Both the position numbers and the translations under genes were made by a program. 63,698 nt of DNA. Source: Corallochytrium limacisporum Hawaii. Taxonomy: Eukaryota; Protista; Pluriformea. This document shows, piece by piece, positions 1 through 10,699 of the stretch. The stretch covers positions 62,303-126,000 of the forward strand of contig PDIP01000105.1 in NCBI GenBank assembly GCA_002811645.1, in the 5' to 3' direction. Below the pieces are notes generated by a model. The model was not told the origin of the DNA, did no database searches, and was given only the letters and a program-made list of their open reading frames with translations. Each line of letters starts with the position of its first letter. Position 1 is the first letter of the stretch.

Positions 1-237
1 GGGGGGAACAAAGGAAAAAAATGGACGGTGATGCGGAATGAATGGTATCGTCTGGGTTCGGGATGAAATGGCGGGATTTGATTTATATACTTAATGTATA
101 GCACACGGGAGGCCCCAGTCGCAGATGTGTCGTAACTTTGTGCTCACTTGCGGGCGTGCTGACAAAACGGGGCAGAGGGAGAGATGTGGGTGTCGCGGCC
201 GGGGAGAAGAGTTCGGGAAGGGAGGGCCTACCCAAGT

Positions 238-257
238 CACACACACACACACACACA
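238..257. repeat. (CA)n microsatellite
   Basis: About 10 perfect CA units upstream of the CD36-like gene. Confidence 0.9.
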
Positions 258-680
258 GAAGGGGAGCCCCCCGGGGGAGGGGGGGGAAGATGGAGACCCG
301 GCAGCGATTGAAAAGGGGGGGGGAAGGGGGGACGAAGGAGAGCGTGAACCGGAGCTTATGGTGTCCTACCCACCCCACACACAGCACACACGGGAGAGGC
401 CCATGGAGGATGCCTTGTTTGGGATGTGGCTCATTCATTGGCGGAGTGTGAACCCAGAGGGACAACACTAGTTTTTTTGCAAACCATCCTTCTATCCTTC
501 ATCCTTCAGCACGCCGGCTGTGTCGCAGCATCTGCGGACCGGGTATTTAAGTAATCGCGATCGGCTCACTGTCAGAGGGTGAGTGGATCATTCCTCAACC
601 CAATTACCAAGTCAACTGTTCATTGACTGTTCATTCAACTCTTAAAGAAACAAATTCAAGGTACAATACAAACAACAACA

Positions 681-2951
681 ATGGCTAAGGGACGTGGACT
701 TAAGATTTGCGGTGGTGTCACCATCGGTCTTGGCCTTGCGGCCACCATCATTGGTGCCATTTTCCCCCTGATCATCAGCAGCGCGACCGAGACAGGCATC
801 AACGACACCCTCGTTGTCGACTCTGCGGACCACGACGACTACGATGATTTCCTGACCAACAACAGCGATGATCCCTCCAGCATTGCGTACTACGCCATCT
901 CCGTTTACAACATTACCAACGCCGACGCCCTGGCCGCTGGTACCGCTACTCAGATTGAATCTACCGAGACTGGTGTCTACTGGTTCCGTTACTACTCCAC
1001 CAAGTACAATGTCAGTTTCCCTCAGGACGGCAATGAGGTGCATTACAATGAGTACACCACATTTCAGTTCGACGCTGCCAGGACCGCTTCCGAGAACCCT
1101 GGACTAGAGCTGTCCCAGGATGACATTGTCACCGTGCCTTCTCTGGCATATCTGGGAGCCATGGGCTCTCTCCAATCTGAAGCCAACGCCCGGATTGCAC
1201 TGGGTGCTGGTGTCCTCGCTTCTCAGCTGGAAGCTGCCTCCAGCGTCCTCACTGCTGCCGGTGCCGATATCAGCCCTGCTGGTGTGTTTGTGGCCGAGGG
1301 TCCCCCCGTTCTGACCGCTGATTCTGGTAACCCTGACCACGATCAGTCATACTACACCCAGGTCGATGAATTGGCTGCTCTGGTGCCATTCCAAAACACT
1401 TACGTCAACATCTTCGACTACTCCCGCGACAGCGGCTCCAATACCTACTCCACTATGACTGAGGACCAGGCCAACTACCTGCTCTTCAATGAAGCCGTTG
1501 GTATCACCTTGACCGGCGCTTCTGGTGTTCCTAACTCTCTGTTCTTTGCGAGTCTGGCTTTGTCATGCGTGAGTGGTGACTGCACCAACTTTGCTGCCTA
1601 CGCTCCTGCCTTCGCTCAAACTGACGGTCAGATCAATGCCCAGGGTAGGGGCCAGGCCGCAGCCGTTTTGCTTTTCCTTTCCGAGGGTATTGGTGGCGAA
1701 CAGGCCCAGGGTGGCATTGCACTGCAGGGCGTCTTCCTCCAGAATGGTGGTTCTTTGTTCGTAAAGAAGGCTGTGCACCAGCTGGTTCTGGACTCTCTGG
1801 ACGGTGAGACCATTACTGAGGATGCTCTTCTGTCTACTCTCGGATTCACTGGCCGCGCTGCTTCCACTGGCTTCCTGTGCAACGTCGCCAAGGAGCCCAG
1901 TGCCGGTGAGACTGGTGCCAACGATCCTTGCGGTATCGGTATTGCTGGCCAGCGTACCGGTAAGGCAAACATCGAGGAGGTCAGCAAGTACACCATGTAC
2001 CGCTCCATGGAGGTCTTCCCTGCCTATGGTGGTGAGCTGTGTGGCACCCAGTGCACTCCTGACACAAACGAGGGTATCTACGCCGAGGACAAGTCTGTTG
2101 GGGGATTCGCTTCCACCCAGTTCCCTCCTGCCAAGGCCGATGGTTTCAACCTCAAGCCCCGTTTGGACAAGGACACTCAGTACTCTGTATGGTCTACCTC
2201 TCTGCAGCGTGAGCTCCCGTTCGATTTCGGAATGGAGTCTTCCTACAAGGGTCTGGATACCTACCGCTACTACCTCTCCCATGACCTGAACGAGGTTGAT
2301 ACCTCTTACTTCTACAACGTCGCTGGTGTTGCTAACCTGACCACCGTCACCGGTTCTCCCGTTGTTGGTTTGACGCACAACATGGTCGCTCTCTCTGCCG
2401 AGGAACGCGCCTACATTTTGCAGGGCCAGCAATTCACTACCGGCGACTGTGTCTCCACTGACTTCAGCTGTGCCACCGTTGAGACCCGCGACCAGGACCC
2501 CGAGCTGTACGATAGCCTGCAGACCTTCTTCGACATTGTGCCCGAGTTTGGTGCCACCATCTATGGACATGAACGTCTGACTGTCGCCGCCATCTTCCCC
2601 GGTGTCGTTGACGGTGCCTACGCCGGTAATCTGCCCGAGCTGGACCCCAACGGTATGCCTGCCTTCGTCATTCCCTACCTCAAGGTTGATCGCAACGCTG
2701 AGGTTGCTGACAGTTCCGCCTCCGACCTGCGCGACATCATTACCCTTAACAATGAGACCTCCACTGGTGTCCAGATTGGTGTCACTATCGGCGGTGTCGT
2801 TCTTTTCTTCGTTGGTATCGGATTGGTGATGGCTGGCAAGAAGCAGAGCAAGAAGCAAGAGCTCGAGGCTGATGACGAGTCCTACATGGAGGCTGAGGAC
2901 GACAAGAAGGCCAACAAGAGCCAGGAAGAGGACAACGGATACGTCGTTTAA
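681..2951 (+). CDS. CD36/SR-B/LIMP-2 family scavenger receptor or lysosomal membrane glycoprotein, long form (756 aa)
   Basis: One TM helix near each end. CD36-like segments YNITNA, TGVYWFRYYSTKYNVSF and FPP...YKGLDTYRY; many N-x-S/T sites; acidic cytosolic tail; strong codon bias; start context acaacaATG. Confidence 0.85.
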   Translation: MAKGRGLKICGGVTIGLGLAATIIGAIFPLIISSATETGINDTLVVDSADHDDYDDFLTNNSDDPSSIAYYAISVYNITNADALAAGTATQIESTETGVYWFRYYSTKYNVSFPQDGNEVHYNEYTTFQFDAARTASENPGLELSQDDIVTVPSLAYLGAMGSLQSEANARIALGAGVLASQLEAASSVLTAAGADISPAGVFVAEGPPVLTADSGNPDHDQSYYTQVDELAALVPFQNTYVNIFDYSRDSGSNTYSTMTEDQANYLLFNEAVGITLTGASGVPNSLFFASLALSCVSGDCTNFAAYAPAFAQTDGQINAQGRGQAAAVLLFLSEGIGGEQAQGGIALQGVFLQNGGSLFVKKAVHQLVLDSLDGETITEDALLSTLGFTGRAASTGFLCNVAKEPSAGETGANDPCGIGIAGQRTGKANIEEVSKYTMYRSMEVFPAYGGELCGTQCTPDTNEGIYAEDKSVGGFASTQFPPAKADGFNLKPRLDKDTQYSVWSTSLQRELPFDFGMESSYKGLDTYRYYLSHDLNEVDTSYFYNVAGVANLTTVTGSPVVGLTHNMVALSAEERAYILQGQQFTTGDCVSTDFSCATVETRDQDPELYDSLQTFFDIVPEFGATIYGHERLTVAAIFPGVVDGAYAGNLPELDPNGMPAFVIPYLKVDRNAEVADSSASDLRDIITLNNETSTGVQIGVTIGGVVLFFVGIGLVMAGKKQSKKQELEADDESYMEAEDDKKANKSQEEDNGYVV

Positions 2952-4068
2952 GAACACACTTACAAAACTTTTTAAAATTTCATCATTTCATAATTAAAGC
3001 ATCTCATGTTCGACAATTATTATCCCGTTTCACTTTGAGTTCGCTTGGTGCACACCCGACACCGTCTACCATAATCCTTGAAGGATCGCCCCAGGGGGTC
3101 GGTTTGTGAATCGGGACCGAAGGACTGATTCCAAAGCATAATCCAGGTTCGATGATGAAACGCCTTTGGAAGAGGGTTTATGATTGAGATCAAAAGTAGC
3201 ATAATTCCAATCTAATGACTCAGGATACGACTCTGCCTATTTTAATATTAAATACAAAGAATCATTTGATTTAGTTGCACTATGAATTTGTAGTGAGTTT
3301 GATAACGAGTATATTTAGATTTCTTATGATTTTGCAGTTGGTTCACAAAATGCAAGCCAGAGTGCTGGCTGTAGAAATCAATGGAATCAAACTGAGTAGC
3401 CGCGGACAGGGGTACCCGGTCCATAAAGTATTAGATTCTGAAAGTTTGATTCTATTCAGACCCGGGCTCAGGAATGGCAGTGCCCAGACCCAAAACCAGC
3501 AAAGGCCCCCCTGTACCGTACGTATGACGCCCGCCGGAGGGTGGGCTGTGTCCGTCAAGCCTCTGCGTGTCCCGGTTGACTCCTACCGAAATCCACCCTC
3601 CTTACGGACGCCTGGCTCAACTGGGTCCAAATGTGCTTGCTATCGGAAAATGGCAGTGTCTCTCGCCCAGTTTGAGTGGGGACTGTCCCCCTCTCGCTCT
3701 CCAAGCTGGCACCCACGTCCTCTCTCGCTTTGCCCAGAAGGGCCGTGGTGATTACCAATCGTTGAGAATATCAGTACATTTTTATAGTGAAAATGGTACC
3801 CCTCGCTAGCCGTGATTTAGCCATGGACATTGGAATCGGACTCACAGATACCGCAAGAGTGTGAGCGATGGAGATTAAATCTTAATATATTTAGTATGAA
3901 AATGTGGTGTCCAGTTGGTGTCAGTCACCCGGCGAACACCTCTCCACCAAGTCCAACTTCCCGATGATTGCGGACTATGGAATCGTATCCCAACCAAAGA
4001 AGCTTGAAATACACAAAAAAAAAGTAAAAGAAGAACAAAAAACGGCCCAGGAAAGAAAATGGCCGCCC

Positions 4069-4349
4069 NNNNNNNNNNNNNNNNNNNNNNNNNNNNNNNN
4101 NNNNNNNNNNNNNNNNNNNNNNNNNNNNNNNNNNNNNNNNNNNNNNNNNNNNNNNNNNNNNNNNNNNNNNNNNNNNNNNNNNNNNNNNNNNNNNNNNNNN
4201 NNNNNNNNNNNNNNNNNNNNNNNNNNNNNNNNNNNNNNNNNNNNNNNNNNNNNNNNNNNNNNNNNNNNNNNNNNNNNNNNNNNNNNNNNNNNNNNNNNNN
4301 NNNNNNNNNNNNNNNNNNNNNNNNNNNNNNNNNNNNNNNNNNNNNNNNN
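4069..4349. other. Assembly gap
   Basis: N run. Confidence 1.
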
Positions 4350-4372
4350 GGTTTTTTCCCTTTTTGAAATGG

Positions 4373-4389
4373 CACACACACACACACAC
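4373..4389. repeat. (CA)n microsatellite
   Basis: About 8 CA units next to an N gap. Confidence 0.85.
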
Positions 4390-6131
4390 GCCTTCCGAGG
4401 CCACCGATCTCACTCTCTCCCTGCCTCCCCGACACTCAGGCAAGACGGAAACGCTGCGACATTAAAAAGCTGACTCATTCACTATAGAACAAAGGAACCC
4501 TTAGGGGAGGACGACGGAACACTCGACGGCCGAAACGGTCCATTGCCATGGACAAAGTGCGAATCGGAAGGCTACTCTTAGTTCCTATACGCATCACCCC
4601 TTACGACGACCATAGAGTTTCTATGGGAAATGGGTCCTTTCTTTCTTTGGCTCAATTAGAACTTAATGGACTCCCGTATGCCGGTCGCTTAGGGATCGTC
4701 GGTCTGCCGCTGCGGTCCTCAAACAAACCCCATACAAAAAGACCGGGTAAAAGTTTCCCTAAACGGAGCCAAGTCGAGGACCGGGGAAGAGTTGCGGACC
4801 GGCCTGGAAAAATAATGGCGGCGCGCTTCTCCCCGGGCGTGCCCCCCCCTCCGGGGGGAGCGGGGAACTGTCTTTTTTTGTATATTGTTTATACTGTTTC
4901 TTTTTCTGAGTTCCAAAAGAAGGGCCTTCGTCCCCCTCAAAAAGCAATGATAGCAGCCCTATAAATTCGTAGATATTGTTGTTCTTTTACCTTTTGGGCG
5001 GCCTCCTTTGGTTACTTTAGGAGATGTTCCGATACAAACTTTGGTGTGTTACCCCGGTACGCCAAGAACGCGTAGTTAGAATGTGATGACCCTGTTATGA
5101 GTCCGGTATGGGACCCCGCGGCCATGTCCGAGCTCAGACGCCGGCGTTGGCTTATGGGCCCAAACTACATAAACTGTCAATGGTCTTTTGTATGCTGCCC
5201 CTATTATCTTTCATGTCACAAACCGTGGCGACGTTGGGTGTGGGCAAGGGAAGGGAGAAGAGGGAGGGGGTGAAACAGCGCAGGGTTTACTCGACGGTGT
5301 GGACAAACCGCCTTTCTTCTGCGTTTCTCTTAGTTCTTTTTTTATTTTCTCTTTTAGTTTTTTTTAAGATTTTCTGGGCTACGGTTGCTGTTTTAGGGTT
5401 GTTTGTTTTTTCTTTGTTGGGCCCTCACCGGGTGGCTGCTTCAACAACTGGGATACGTCCCAATCTAATCTTTTGAGATGATCAGTAGTAGACATACGTA
5501 ACAATAAGTAGGAATGGAGGATAGTCTCAGGGTACTGGGAATCACTCATGGTGTCATTACTCCCCCGTGGGCATGTCCCGTGCTTGGCCGCTCCATCGCC
5601 GGCGCGCGGGGACGAGGAAGTCACGGATTTAAAGCCGAGGTACTTTTTACATATGTAACAAAAGGACAGGACCATCCAAGACATAAACAAAGTACTTGTA
5701 TTACTAAAGGTATGGTCTCATTGACACTAGATCGTTCCATCGGCGCACATGCAACTGACAAGACATGACTGTCCGGCCCATGCACGAAGGAATGGGAGTT
5801 TTCCAACCACCCGACCCCGACGCACCACCGCCACCGAGGGGCTGGGCAAGAGCGACCGCAGCATAACGAAGAAAAGGAAGGAAGGAGGGGGGAGTCGGGT
5901 GTGTTAAACACACGACCCACCCGAGAAGGGGTTTTTGCGTGCAAAAATGTTTTCCTCGCGCGAGATCTCCCATTCCTGTTTCTTTTCTCTGGCGGCTGGG
6001 AGAAGGAGGAGCGCAGAGTGGGCGTGAGCGGTGAATGAAGGCTCCGTATGAAAACGGCTGAAATCCGGGAAGGGGAGGGGGGGTTGGGTGGGAGAAGGGG
6101 GAAGGAGAGGAGTGAGAAGGGGGGGGGGGGG

Positions 6132-6413
6132 NNNNNNNNNNNNNNNNNNNNNNNNNNNNNNNNNNNNNNNNNNNNNNNNNNNNNNNNNNNNNNNNNNNNN
6201 NNNNNNNNNNNNNNNNNNNNNNNNNNNNNNNNNNNNNNNNNNNNNNNNNNNNNNNNNNNNNNNNNNNNNNNNNNNNNNNNNNNNNNNNNNNNNNNNNNNN
6301 NNNNNNNNNNNNNNNNNNNNNNNNNNNNNNNNNNNNNNNNNNNNNNNNNNNNNNNNNNNNNNNNNNNNNNNNNNNNNNNNNNNNNNNNNNNNNNNNNNNN
6401 NNNNNNNNNNNNN
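6132..6413. other. Assembly gap flanked by poly-G
   Basis: N run with G homopolymers on both sides. Confidence 1.
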
Positions 6414-8233
6414 GGGGGGGGGAGTGGATCCATGGCCATGCCAGGAACGGAACGGACTCATTGACCGTTTGGTACTAAAACTACTACGTTTCTTTCGGCA
6501 GTTGTGAGAACTATCGCATTCCTCGTGTGAGGAAGGACCCAACTCTCGATGAGCTGATATCACCTAGCGCTACCAACGACTGGCAGAACAATACATTTAG
6601 TATACAACCGCCCGTCCCTTTTTTTCGTCGGTCCCCCATACTTTCTATTTTGGGAAGTGGCATAGCCCTATTTCTCTCGCAGCCCTGCAGGTTTGTATAC
6701 TGAGACATTGTTCCAACGCATGAAGTATTTCACATTTATCTTGGGAATCTTCCACGGGAATTGCGAAGGAGCGGGGAGGGGAGGGACATGGCTGCCTATA
6801 TCAGCGCACTATATGGCCCACCAAGTGTGAGGCATGTTTGCTGCCCGTAAGGGTTCCATTGGTTTCCTACTCTGCCTGCCATAGTTGGCAACTGCTGTAC
6901 ACTTCTCTAGAAAACATACTGAATCCAACGGAGAAAAATGTAACCAAGAAAATAAGGATGGAAGGAAAAAAATAACCAGAGTAGGCAAAAAAAATCATAA
7001 GAATGCAAGGGTGGGCAACAGACAAAGAGACGGCAGGCAGGTATGGTCCGGAGTATGCATACAAAACGCACGGCAAAATAACGACAGTGCGAAACGTCAC
7101 TCAGACACGGCTTTCGCAGAGAATACATCACCGAACAGCGTCCGCTCCCTCTCCCCCCCCCGGCCTCCTCCCCGGTCCTCAGTCCTCCCCCCCCATCGTC
7201 CTTTTTTTATTTCTACTTACGTGTGCTTTTAGTATAGGTGTGCTGTGTGACATTACCATCCCCGGCCCTTCATCGGGTATAACACGGAAAGCGGGTGACA
7301 CGGTTCCTGTCCTCTCCCCTCCCCCCCTCCCCCCGGGGCGCTTTATCACTTTTTTTCATTGTATAATTTTGGCAGATCCACGGAACAAATGGGTCAGGGG
7401 CCCCAAAGACAGCCGCACAGACCATATGAGGAGGGGTTCGGAAGAGTGTCATTGGATTTTTCGCATAGAGAATATACCGGCTGGCCGTCCGTCGTTCCTT
7501 GGTCATTTGTGCGTGTGTGGTGGTCGGTGCGAGGGTCTCCGGAACAGGGCGAGGGGAGGGGGTCAACCGAAAAGGCACGGAAGACGAAGGCCTCGCGGGG
7601 AAGGGGGGGGGCAGAGAAATTGTCAATTCGTTCGGTGTTGGCCACGGTCGGGTCGGTAGGATGGCGAACGGAAATCGAGAAATCGTGATCGGTCGTCATT
7701 TTAGTGCACTTTATTCAGTATTGACTAGTTGGGATCCAGTCTCGCAAGGACCTTTGATCCGATGAATCGGTGGTGGTTGGGAGGCACGAAACGAGAATTG
7801 ACAGGCCACCCCTCCCGTGAGTGGGGAGAGGGGTGGCGAGAGCGCGGGGGAAGAGGGGGGAAACTGGGCCGGGTAGTACGGGGCAAAAAGCCAAAGGATG
7901 GAGGATCACGGGCGAAGGATTTGGATCGGTAGCACTTACATTCGGATTGTGATGTGCAGCTGCCGTTGATAAGGACAACCCCCCAGTGCTGGCGATAATT
8001 TACAAACATAAAGATACCAGCGTGCGTACCCGCGAATTGTAATAGAGTGGCGTACGGTATGATGAGCAGGCAAGCCATGTTAGTCTCCAGGTCAAAGCCT
8101 CGAAAAGCTAGAACAGGGATGTTAGTTTGACCTTCCACTGTCGTCGATCACATTGAATTAATGGCCACGACTCATGGATTTGGGAGACATCCATTAGATC
8201 ACTTTTCTGCACACAGACACACACAGAACAACA

Positions 8234-9622
8234 ATGCGGTCATTGTTGTTCACTCGCGTCGCGGCCTTCTTTGCGGTCTCTAGTACTGTGATCGCGCTGG
8301 TACAGTTGCTGACGCAACCCCTTTGGGTTGAACATAACTTCCAGTATCAGTTCGAGTCACCAGAAGTTACGCTGGAAATCAGCACACTGAAGTATTGCAT
8401 TAGCGGCAATGATACCATCATCTCACAGTCCACCAGAATTGATGCGGGATGCTACAAATTAACTGATAACTGCCAGGTCAAGGGTATGCCGACCACAGGC
8501 AGCTGGCGGGGATTCCTTTTAGAGGGGTCAGAATGCACCCTCCTCAAATTTTGTATAATCTGGGCCATCATCTATGTCTGTACTGTGGGTATCTCTGCTG
8601 GTCTGCTACTCTTTGCTAGCATGGCCTCCCACCGCACCCTAGTAAGAGTGGCTAGCGTGTCCAGTTTGCTCGCTGTACTCGGCGGACTGTTCACCCTCGG
8701 ATCTGCCTTTCAACTTAAGGAGAGTAAGTTCCCCGAAAATGTCGCTTCTGATGAACCACTTTATAGCCTTAACCTTGGTTTCGGCATCGGATATACCCTG
8801 CTGGCTGTTTCGTTCGGTTTAACTTGCGCAGCCTTCGTGGTTTCGATGATGTCCTGTTGCCACAAGGATCATGGGCTTGACAATCGTCGGAAAAACCGAA
8901 CTCGATCACGTAGAAGGAATCGGGCATCCAGACAGACTCAGCGTGAGATGGCTCAGCGCCCTCGAGCTTCTTCAAACCAGGCGTACATATACGCTGGATC
9001 TGCTGGTGCTGCTCCTGCGTATACCTCAAGGCCTTCTGGAGGAGCCGTGGGTCCCGCGCCCGCGGCTATGATTGGCATGTACACGACACCTCCAGAGTCA
9101 TCCATCTATGAAGCGCCTGCGCGCCCTCTTGGCGCATACATGTCGAGCCAGCGCAGTAGTATGGACTCGACAAGCTACAGTTCAAGTGTGTATGCCTATC
9201 TCTCACCGAACCACCGCGCTCCTGCACAACAGCAAGGGGACGATCCTCCGGTACCTCCTCCTCGGTATGGCACTGTCCCTGAGCATATGGTTGGTCCGCG
9301 GAATGGTGGTTTCGATACCCCTGCTGCCCTTGCCTTTGACCAGGGCAACGATAGGTTCGGTCAGGCTGCTCCGGGCGCAGCTCCAATGTACAGGGATCGG
9401 TCAGAGCCGGACTCTGACGATTCCATGTCTCTCATTGACATGGGCGTTGAACAGCAGACATATGATGAGATCAACCGCCCCTTGCCTCTGGCTGCTGCGT
9501 CTTCTGCGAGCAACAGTGACACATCGCTGGCCAACAGCCGGACCAACCTCATGCAGCCACAGCGTCCTCCCCGCAGGTATACAGAGCAGGCATACGACTC
9601 GGACTCAGGCTCCATTGTCTGA
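8234..9622 (+). CDS. Claudin/PMP22/Sur7-PalI-like 4-TM protein with a long disordered cytoplasmic tail (462 aa)
   Basis: Four hydrophobic helices in the first ~207 aa. First loop has W...LKYC...GC...C, similar to the claudin-superfamily loop. Basic stretch, then ~250 aa rich in P/S/A/Y. Start context acaacaATG. Confidence 0.65.
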   Translation: MRSLLFTRVAAFFAVSSTVIALVQLLTQPLWVEHNFQYQFESPEVTLEISTLKYCISGNDTIISQSTRIDAGCYKLTDNCQVKGMPTTGSWRGFLLEGSECTLLKFCIIWAIIYVCTVGISAGLLLFASMASHRTLVRVASVSSLLAVLGGLFTLGSAFQLKESKFPENVASDEPLYSLNLGFGIGYTLLAVSFGLTCAAFVVSMMSCCHKDHGLDNRRKNRTRSRRRNRASRQTQREMAQRPRASSNQAYIYAGSAGAAPAYTSRPSGGAVGPAPAAMIGMYTTPPESSIYEAPARPLGAYMSSQRSSMDSTSYSSSVYAYLSPNHRAPAQQQGDDPPVPPPRYGTVPEHMVGPRNGGFDTPAALAFDQGNDRFGQAAPGAAPMYRDRSEPDSDDSMSLIDMGVEQQTYDEINRPLPLAAASSASNSDTSLANSRTNLMQPQRPPRRYTEQAYDSDSGSIV

Positions 9623-10699
9623 TGACCGTTCAACAGGCCGTATGCACAAAACTTTAGCACCATCAACAGGTTGTACCGTGTTCATTATGTTCAACCACTG
9701 CACCATGTCTATCCTCACATAATCATAGTTCGACGTGATTCATCCCACATCAATATTCATACATTAGATATTACTTCCTCATTGCTACTATTACATCTAC
9801 AACCTTCGTCCCCGCTTCAGCCAGTCTCGGTACCAGTCCACACGTTACATACATCATGCAGCGGGTTAGTGCTGTGTAGTGACTTTTTGGTAATGATAAT
9901 GAGTTCCCGGTTCTTAATGAACCACCCTTCCAAACCGAAGGACCCTCCGCCTTCCCGTCAGGCCTGCGAGGCGCGCAACCACCTCGGGGGTGGCCGTGGG
10001 CCTGTCCTTTAACAGCCACTGAACCAGCCGCTCGGTATTTTGAAATATCGGCCCCTAGCTTTCGGTAGAGAAGCTCAGCCGAAGGGGGGGGGGGCCGGGA
10101 CAACGACGGGAAGGGGGGGGTTGCGGATTGAGACCCGCTCGCCAGCTTGGGAGTTCGCGGAGGGTCTCGCTCTCTCGGCCAAAGGCTGAATGAAGCCTCC
10201 CCTTTACCTTTTCTACCTGGGAGGAGCAGAGAAGGCCAAATAGGAGAGGGGAAGGCCTCCATACTGTCTTTGAAATATGCGCCGTACATTTTCTATGGTC
10301 AGGGGAATTTTGGCGGGAAGATTTTGAACGGAAGGGGAGGTTTGGACGAAGGAAAGTGGGGGGGGGGGAACAGTGGAGACTGGCCCCCGCAGAGATGACG
10401 AGACCCCCTGTGGTTTATGTGTACAGTTTGGTATTGGTTACGAGTGTGGCAGGGTCGCCATTTTACCTTTTGATTTCATGGCTTTTGCACTGGTAACCAC
10501 CGTCGTCCGAACCGTTCAGGTTTGGGTACCTGTGCCGGAAAAACAATGACCACTGGGCTGTCCATATACACCCTGTGCTGCTCAGGTGTGGACACGGTAT
10601 TTCAAAACGGAAACTTCAACACGAGACTCTTTGATCAGCGAAAAATACAAACAAAGTTCGAATATAGATGGGTAGCAGAACTGGCACCAAAGGAACACA

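Noticed and set aside
1563-2957. 464-aa antisense ORF over the CD36-like gene; similar shadows at 22776-23438, 34013-34483 and 39188-40006
   Set aside because: These are antisense frames left open by the strong codon bias of the real genes; they show no protein motifs.
3875-6563. ORFs spanning N gaps (also 40672-42093 and 60565-61241)
   Set aside because: Their length is an artefact of N codons; the flanks are low-complexity non-coding sequence.
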